Virus record (IMG/VR): IMGVR_UViG_3300044647_001247
Coordinates: 1 to 64,000 of that record
DNA from: a virus
DNA length: 64,000 bases
Reading direction: 5' to 3' (one strand)
Part shown: one piece after another, positions 58,201-64,000 of the stretch
Layout: every line of letters begins with the position of its first letter
Numbering within the stretch: position 1 is the stretch's first letter
Notes under the pieces: model-generated
Seen by the model: the letters and a program-made list of their open reading frames with translations, nothing else
The model's database searches: none
What the model was told of the DNA's origin: nothing
Program-made: the position numbers and the translations under genes

Positions 58201-59866
58201 ATTTAATTCTGGTGTTAGAGAGTTTTTTGTTGAAAGTGAGGTTAATTTAGCATATAGAGATTGGGAAGAAGATCCATCTAAGCGTCATTATGATTCTGAT
58301 AGATACACTGATCTTGATAGTATGTTTAGAAGTGACATTATAAAAAGTGGAAACTTTTATAAATATGATTATAACTTAAGTGTATCTAAATTATTTAATT
58401 CTCATATTACTTGGGGAAATATATTAGGTCTTGATTATGATCCTACCACTGCAGAAAAATGTTACGTATATAGACCTAGTAGAGTTAGATATTCTCTTCC
58501 TCAATTTCAAGAATCAAAAAAAGATAACTGGAGAATATATTTAACTAACAATTATAAAGATTTTGACTCTCCTGTAACATCTATAAAATCTGTAAATAAA
58601 ACAGGTGCTTTGTTTATGATGTCAAGACAGAGTCCTATGCAGTTTATGGGTGTAGAAGAACTGAAGCTAGATGGAACGGGTGCTAAAATTACAATAGGTG
58701 ATGGGGGGCTTTTTAATCAACCTTTACAACAAATTGTAAATACCGAAAGTTCTTTTGAGTATGGTTCTTGCCAAAGTAAGTATTGTTCTATTAATACAAT
58801 ACACGGTGTTTTTTGGGTGAGTCAAAATCAGGGAAAGATATTTCAGTATGCTGGACAAATAAAAGAGATATCTAAAAATGGTCTTAAGTGGTGGTTTGCT
58901 AGATATTTACCTAGTGAACTATTAGCAGCGTATCCCACCTATCCTTATTTTGATAACCCGGTAATTGGTGTAGGGGTACAAATAATGTATGACAATACTA
59001 ATGAGATTGTATATATTACTAAGAAAGACTATAAACCACTAAAAACCAATTTGTTATTTGACTCAAAAGGTTTTTATGAAATAAGTTCATCTAATGGTAA
59101 GGTGTACATTCCTTTAACTAACACTAGTTATTTTGAAGATGCTAGCTGGACTATATCATATGATCCAAACGGGAATGATGGTAAAGGTGCTTGGGTTAGT
59201 TTTCATGACTGGATACCTAGCTTTTTAATTCCTGGGAAAGCTCATTTTATGAGTGTCAATCAAAATTCTATATGGAAGCATAATGTAAGATGTGATAAGT
59301 TCTGTAATTTTTATGGTGTAGATTATCCTTTTGAAATTGAGTTTATATCATCTACGGGTCAGCAAGTTGTTTCTATGAGAAACGTAGAGTATATATTAGA
59401 AGCTTATAAAATTCACAATGAATGCAGAGATGAGTTCCATGTATTAGATGCAAACTTTGATCAGGCTATTATATATAATTCAGAACAAGTATCTGGACTT
59501 TTAGAACTAGAACTTAAGAATAAAACCAACCCGGTGGCAATGCTTAGTTATCCTCAGATAAGAGCACAATCTATAGGAATAAACTATTCTAAAGAAGAGC
59601 AAAAGATTAGATTTAATCAATTTTGGGATATAACAAAAGAAAGAGGAGAGTTTGCCCCAAATACAAACATTCCAATGTTTATTACAGAGGCTAATGGATA
59701 TAAGTTTAAAATCAATCCAGCTTATGTAAACTATCAAAAGTCACCATTAGAGCGTAAGAAGTTTCGTCACAATTTAAATAAAGTGTTCTTAAGAAAGTTT
59801 AAAAGTGATGATGTAAAGATGTTATTTAAAATATCTAATCAGAAAATACAACTTAGTCAAAGGTAA
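55268..59866 (+). CDS. tail stabilisation / muzzle protein
   Basis: 1532 aa; NTFSNGMVKD start, GYLRDEQYSF, HHKMPD, WVSFHDW; crAss-like position before the cargo genes. Confidence 0.8.
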   Translation: MAEQQQNPGVITNTFSNGMVKDYNETFVGEGLYTHARNVVSNSHDGQLGVKGNEPANLSCITLPYSLIGCIHLSDDQWSVYTTDDTNSEIGIFDESQCTYTKVVNDPCLGFKRSNLITGASRKRYDCDRPVYWVDALNPDRFMDLSNPPFKYIETIVDGCKVKTITQPLQLDCEKIRLASLIQHPCLILNKGKVAGTLPNGSYQVAIAYTEDGVRLTGYIGISEVQSLFTHENVSSSLELSITTIDTTFDEFELVVIGRINGTTVVKKIGNYSTSQGKIYIDRWDQEFETVPISQVVFRGDSSEKSDAIYEVNNYLLKIGDYSKFKFNYQKQANNINVSWTAVQYPSNYYFKGGNNTGYLRDEQYSFFIRWVYNTGERSESYHIPGRDALASDRTLVMGDDAFETSGIDSITRERWQVYNTATLDNLNSYTLSDGGLVIASGKMGFWESTEKYPDNTPDIWGTLCGKNIRHHKMPDETTAPSLNLFSNNGKFINILGVNFSNITHPLDNQGNPIQSIVGYELLRGSREGNKSIIGKGLLNNMREYSIPNQTTKGLFQNYPYNDLRPDPYLTDSPNLDGQSALKGQANVSTSKMSGYKKNIFSFHSPDVTFSNPFLNANELTIYQEVYGESNGRFVNSWKHPKFKVLSNFSSVFGDVASIISTVQTALGALGGGLDLKIEADKDAPVSTGLTLNPNYAGDTVTVFGSGASPLTIAQFIAAGVANGLLIGALIGTGILPAMYKQQYLRLFIYLIPKKQYSAQYNSHGVYDGGAIPKKIGNKRRKIKEALYIGSGNSQFNSDYFVNNTARSNVVVLETEKDLDDPTTTDNSRVTLGEANSNLYQNIKTTISSHYGALKISIPSQYGQLGGIKQFPINGGCIFNTTPDKTKKFNTSSPLFNGDTYINKFTEKNTMFFFTDWMIGEPDRTEWDYTLYMYIPYPRFWINNVEENVAFLEAADNYRSLDKRTSGFLHVSSGYFYLFNSGVREFFVESEVNLAYRDWEEDPSKRHYDSDRYTDLDSMFRSDIIKSGNFYKYDYNLSVSKLFNSHITWGNILGLDYDPTTAEKCYVYRPSRVRYSLPQFQESKKDNWRIYLTNNYKDFDSPVTSIKSVNKTGALFMMSRQSPMQFMGVEELKLDGTGAKITIGDGGLFNQPLQQIVNTESSFEYGSCQSKYCSINTIHGVFWVSQNQGKIFQYAGQIKEISKNGLKWWFARYLPSELLAAYPTYPYFDNPVIGVGVQIMYDNTNEIVYITKKDYKPLKTNLLFDSKGFYEISSSNGKVYIPLTNTSYFEDASWTISYDPNGNDGKGAWVSFHDWIPSFLIPGKAHFMSVNQNSIWKHNVRCDKFCNFYGVDYPFEIEFISSTGQQVVSMRNVEYILEAYKIHNECRDEFHVLDANFDQAIIYNSEQVSGLLELELKNKTNPVAMLSYPQIRAQSIGINYSKEEQKIRFNQFWDITKERGEFAPNTNIPMFITEANGYKFKINPAYVNYQKSPLERKKFRHNLNKVFLRKFKSDDVKMLFKISNQKIQLSQR

Positions 59867-62811
59867 TGAAACGGACAGATTCTATATTACAGCAGTTTTA
59901 TATGTCTAGGCTTCCTAAAGCTCAGATGGGACTAGCCATATCTGATGGTACAAGGGTGGCACCAAGACCAAAAGCTTTAACTGAAGCTGAATATCAAGAA
60001 AATGAACGTGCTAGAAAAATAACAAAAGAAGGCACTGAAAGACGAAATAAGCAAATTTTAGAAGAAAGACAAAAAGCAAGAAATACAAAAGGTACATTTA
60101 AGGAAAAGAACTTTAACATAGGTGAGAAGTTTAGAATGTTTCCTGGTAGTGTAGGTGGTGCAGGAGAACTCTTTGATGACTATATCAATCCTTTAAAGTT
60201 TGTTGGAGACATGGCTTCAAATCTAGGTAATTCTAGAACACCCCAAGAAGCAGCTCTAAATGTAGCAATGACAGCAGGACTTGGTGCTCTTGGATTTGAC
60301 CCATTAGGTAGTGGATTAAAATCTTCAGCTTTTAAAGAAGCACGTGCATCTTTTCCAAAATTTATAGATGAAGTTTCATATTCTATAAATAAACCTAAGT
60401 CTGTAGAACAAATAACTAATAAGAATTTATATAAAGAATTAGGATCTCCTTTGAATATTTCAGAAGGATTAAATAATCAAGGTGTATTTAGTTTAAAAAG
60501 ATTTCCTGACCATGTTGTAAAATTTGAGCCTGTTGAAACAGTAGGTAGAGGTATTGGTTATCCTGAATATACAAATTTTGATTTTGTAAGTGCTATGAAA
60601 AATATAAAAGATAAACCTAACATAGCAAAGGTTAAAAATCAACTTAATGTAGAAAATAACAAGAGAGCTCTTATAATGAATAGGATTGATGATGGATACC
60701 GTCCTTTAGATCTTAATCCTATCAATTATAGAAAAATGCCAGATGACTCAGTTCGTAAAATGTACTATGACTTAAAAGATGTTATTAACAATGATTTAGG
60801 TTTTGATTTTATGGGTAACAACTACCTATACAATCCTAAAACAAAAGATTTTTCATTATTTGATTTTTCTCCACAATTTAAAGCAGGTAATGATGGTAAT
60901 TCACAATTCTGGATTAATGATGTTTTAGGTAATACTAATAGTAATTTACTTGGTAAAGCTCAAGCTAATAAAAACTTAAAAACAGCAATTATATCTAAGC
61001 TTGTTAATGATCATAGAGTGGCTGGACAAAATTTATTTAAAGAGATTGGTACAGGATATACATTACGAAGTCATGCTGATATTTCAAAACTTCTTGATAA
61101 AGGTGATAAGTTTGCTTTTCAAAAATTTAATAATGCACTTAAAGATGTTGATATATATCAGCAAGGTGGTGTAATAAAAGATGACAGAGGACAATGGGCA
61201 CATCCAGGTAAAGTAACTCGTATATCTAGTCCTAATATAACTATGAAGGGTGTACCCTATCCTGTACTAGGTGTAGGTTCTAATGGTGAAGAACAAATGA
61301 TGTATCCAGGACAAGAATATAATTTTGGTGGTGCATCTTATGTAGATGAATATCCTATGATGAAAAATGGTGGAGAAATGATTAAACGTAAAGATGGTAG
61401 TTATTCTAAAAGAGGACTCTGGGATAACATTAGAGCTAATAAAGGCTCAGGTAAAAAACCTAGTAAAGAAATGCTAGAACAAGAACGTAAAATAAAATCT
61501 AAAGAAATGAAATACGGAGGAACAAATAACTCAGGCTTTGAAGCTTTACCAGAATATGTACAAGCTAAAATATTAGCTAACATGGGATATGGTGGATATT
61601 ATAATCCAATGATGGAAGAAGGTGGTGAACCTAATGGTGGCATGGCACTAGGTCAGATAATGGCTGTTTCAGATAAGATGAATAAGCTTCGTCAGTTTAT
61701 ATCTCCTGATAAAAACTTAGATCCATGGATTGCTTCTAAGCTTGCAGTTATGGATGATAGTGCAGATGCTATTGCTAATTATATGATGTACAATCCTGAA
61801 GCTCAGGGTGATGAAGAAGAAATCTCACAAATGAGTAGAGGAGGATATGTTGTAAGTAGAAGTAGTGCACGTAAGGGTAAGACACATAAAGTGACAGGTC
61901 CTGATGGAACTGTTAAATACTTTGGTGATTCTAAGTTAGGACAGCATCCTGATGATCCTGAAAGAAAAAAAGCATTCTATGCTCGTCATAAAAAGAATTT
62001 AGATTCTAATCCATATTTTAGAGCCTTTGCTAAAGAAACATGGCAGCAGGGTGGACAACCTGGTTTATCATTTTGGAATGCTAGTAAAACTCCACAAGGT
62101 GCTGTTACACCTACAGGAATGTCAAATTATTTTAATGATAATAAACAAGGTTTTGATCAAGCAAATTTTACTAAAAAGATGCAGGAGTTAAATCTTGATA
62201 CATCAAGTAATGTATCATTACAACAAGATATGATGAAAAAATATCCTGATCTTGTAAATCAAGTGATGTCTGAATATGGTGATACAAATGCAGGTAGATT
62301 TGATGATGGTATTATAGGAGCTAGAGTTATTAATGCTGCTAGTAAAATTCCTACTCAAACTAAACAAGTTCCTCCTCAAATACAACAATCAATGGCACCT
62401 CCTCCTGCTACATATAAAAATCCAAATGCAGGATATGTAGTTAATGTAAGAGGAGATGATAATGACGGAGCTTATTATTTTCCTAGCTCTGAAAACTTTG
62501 ACAAACTTAGTTCAGCAATACCTGGTGGTAAAGAATACAGAGATGGTTATAAAGGAGCAACAGTTAATATGACTAATGCAAACTTTATGAAACAATACGG
62601 AAACAACTACAAAGAAGCACTAGGTCAAGCATACAAACGTAATCCACAAAATCCTGAGCAGTATATTCCAATGCAAAGAAATGGAGGATCTACTTGGTCT
62701 GGTAATAACTGGTATCAAAATGGAGGTTTAGTAAATGGTGCAGAAATGGAAGTGACACCTGAACAAGCTGAGATGTTACGTCAACAAGGTTATGAATTTG
62801 AAATAATTTAA
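59866..62811 (+). CDS. putative virion cargo polyprotein with kinase-like domain and repeated [MFYW]xxGG motifs
   Basis: Position after the muzzle gene; eight motif copies delimit small modules; kinase-like signature at ~60440-60880. Confidence 0.75.
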   Translation: MKRTDSILQQFYMSRLPKAQMGLAISDGTRVAPRPKALTEAEYQENERARKITKEGTERRNKQILEERQKARNTKGTFKEKNFNIGEKFRMFPGSVGGAGELFDDYINPLKFVGDMASNLGNSRTPQEAALNVAMTAGLGALGFDPLGSGLKSSAFKEARASFPKFIDEVSYSINKPKSVEQITNKNLYKELGSPLNISEGLNNQGVFSLKRFPDHVVKFEPVETVGRGIGYPEYTNFDFVSAMKNIKDKPNIAKVKNQLNVENNKRALIMNRIDDGYRPLDLNPINYRKMPDDSVRKMYYDLKDVINNDLGFDFMGNNYLYNPKTKDFSLFDFSPQFKAGNDGNSQFWINDVLGNTNSNLLGKAQANKNLKTAIISKLVNDHRVAGQNLFKEIGTGYTLRSHADISKLLDKGDKFAFQKFNNALKDVDIYQQGGVIKDDRGQWAHPGKVTRISSPNITMKGVPYPVLGVGSNGEEQMMYPGQEYNFGGASYVDEYPMMKNGGEMIKRKDGSYSKRGLWDNIRANKGSGKKPSKEMLEQERKIKSKEMKYGGTNNSGFEALPEYVQAKILANMGYGGYYNPMMEEGGEPNGGMALGQIMAVSDKMNKLRQFISPDKNLDPWIASKLAVMDDSADAIANYMMYNPEAQGDEEEISQMSRGGYVVSRSSARKGKTHKVTGPDGTVKYFGDSKLGQHPDDPERKKAFYARHKKNLDSNPYFRAFAKETWQQGGQPGLSFWNASKTPQGAVTPTGMSNYFNDNKQGFDQANFTKKMQELNLDTSSNVSLQQDMMKKYPDLVNQVMSEYGDTNAGRFDDGIIGARVINAASKIPTQTKQVPPQIQQSMAPPPATYKNPNAGYVVNVRGDDNDGAYYFPSSENFDKLSSAIPGGKEYRDGYKGATVNMTNANFMKQYGNNYKEALGQAYKRNPQNPEQYIPMQRNGGSTWSGNNWYQNGGLVNGAEMEVTPEQAEMLRQQGYEFEII

Positions 62812-62815
62812 TATT

Positions 62816-64000
62816 ATGAAAATACGCATTACAAAAAAAGGATTGCCTAAAGCACAATGGCAAAATAGTCAAATACCAGGAGGTCAAGCTATTAATCCAA
62901 GAAAAGTAGCAGGAAAGGAAAACTTGACCTCTTGGAATGTTTTTGATAATGCACCACAGCAAGGTGTTCCTACACAATTTATTGATCCTCAATCAGTTGT
63001 AAACACAGAACGTAATGTTTGGAATTATAGTCCCTATCGTAATAGTCAAGGTGAAAGTATAACAGGTGATGAGTATTATAATCAATTTTGGACTCCTCCT
63101 AACACTCCTGCAAAAACTGCTCCTAATATAAATAAAAAATCTACTTATAAAAAAACAAATAACTTTAATGATTATTTTGCTGCAGGAGCAATGACATTAA
63201 ATGCTTTAGATAATAGACAAACTGATAAGGAGTTGGAAGCTTCTTGGCGGAATGGTCTTATTAGTCCTGGTATTATTGATTATTCTCAAAACAGAGGAGA
63301 TTATGAAATGAACACTGGTATGGTAGACCCTTATAATACAGGAGCAAAAAACAAAGGACAATTTACTAATTCTTTTTATACTTCACAGTTTCAAGAAGGT
63401 GGTATATTTACACTAAATGAGGTGCAACAAGCTATATTACCTAATATGTTATCGGTAGCTTATGAAAGAAACACACCTGCATCAACATATGTTAATCCAC
63501 CTAATAATTCATTAAAAATAGATTACACAGATGCTGCTGATTTTATTAAATCACAGGAAGGATTTATACCAAAAGCAAAATGGGACTATGCTCAATATAG
63601 TGTAGGATATGGCACAAAAGCTAAAAATAAGAATGAAGTTATTTCTAAAGAAGAAGCTGAAAATAGATTAAAATTAGAACTTGCTCCTGTAATGGAAAAA
63701 ATACAGAGCAAGCTTAAAGTTCCTATTAATTCAGGTCAACTTATAGCTCTTGCTTCTATAAATTATAATACAGGTTCTTTAGCAAATAAATTAATTGATA
63801 GAATTAATAAGGGTGAAAGTCCTGACATTATAGCAAATACTATTAAAAGCATGGCATTAACTGGTGTGGGTAGTAATAAAATATTACCGGGATTAGTTAA
63901 ACGTAGGAATGAAGAAGCTGGCTTATTTTTACGTGGTTATGAAAATGGTGGTGAAAATACAGAAATTATGAAAATACGTATTACAAATTCTCCTGAGAAA
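62816..64000 (+). CDS. putative virion cargo protein with GH24 lysozyme domain (partial; runs off the window, absent from ORF track)
   Basis: Open for 395 codons from the ATG at 62816; IKSQEGF..WDYAQYSVGYGT..LASINYNTG..LPGLVKRRNEEAGLF, flanked by FQEGG and YENGG. Confidence 0.85.
   Translation, partial: MKIRITKKGLPKAQWQNSQIPGGQAINPRKVAGKENLTSWNVFDNAPQQGVPTQFIDPQSVVNTERNVWNYSPYRNSQGESITGDEYYNQFWTPPNTPAKTAPNINKKSTYKKTNNFNDYFAAGAMTLNALDNRQTDKELEASWRNGLISPGIIDYSQNRGDYEMNTGMVDPYNTGAKNKGQFTNSFYTSQFQEGGIFTLNEVQQAILPNMLSVAYERNTPASTYVNPPNNSLKIDYTDAADFIKSQEGFIPKAKWDYAQYSVGYGTKAKNKNEVISKEEAENRLKLELAPVMEKIQSKLKVPINSGQLIALASINYNTGSLANKLIDRINKGESPDIIANTIKSMALTGVGSNKILPGLVKRRNEEAGLFLRGYENGGENTEIMKIRITNSPEK

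Noticed and set aside
61318-61332. YNFGG as an extra di-glycine site
   Set aside because: It lies inside an apparently continuous small domain, so it was treated as incidental and not counted.
1-64000. Stop-codon reassignment, as in some crAss-like phages
   Set aside because: Large genes are intact in code 11; TAA, TGA and TAG all end genes; no suppressor tRNA was found.

Overview
AT-rich dsDNA phage DNA with the gene order of a crAss-like (Crassvirales-type) Bacteroidota podophage, read in the standard genetic code. 1-16.3 kb (minus strand) holds small early or accessory genes: an SPFH lipoprotein broken by one in-frame TAA, a classical AAA+ ATPase, a MoxR/CobS-type AAA with its VWA-like partner, and PcfJ-like, methyltransferase-like and YodL-like proteins. 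These are interleaved with many structured non-coding segments, a tmRNA and tRNA-like RNAs. Transcription diverges at a G-tract-rich gap (16.33-16.52 kb). The plus strand then carries tRNAs, a GNAT, an HU/IHF-like protein, a PD-(D/E)XK nuclease, terminase, portal, scaffold-like protein, major capsid protein, ring/adaptor proteins, a Dps/ferritin-like protein, tail fibres, FN3/Cys-rich proteins, a metallophosphoesterase, an HEXXH peptidase and a 1532-aa tail stabilisation/muzzle-like protein. The window ends in two putative virion cargo proteins. Top observations: (1) the cargo proteins look like polyproteins, with unrelated modules (a kinase-like fold, a GH24 lysozyme, small basic or helical domains) separated by about ten repeats of a [MFYW]xxGG motif, suggesting di-glycine protease processing; (2) a ~1.7-kb ncRNA island with a long-tag tmRNA, a CCA-ended tRNA mimic and several unclassified folded RNAs; (3) a class-II-bodied tRNA with an Asp anticodon; (4) a 1.6-kb tail-fibre tip cassette bounded by a 19-bp direct repeat whose deletion would restore an alternative in-frame fibre end; (5) a recurrent phage late-promoter-like motif. 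Family assignments come from motifs and synteny recognised by eye, not from database searches.
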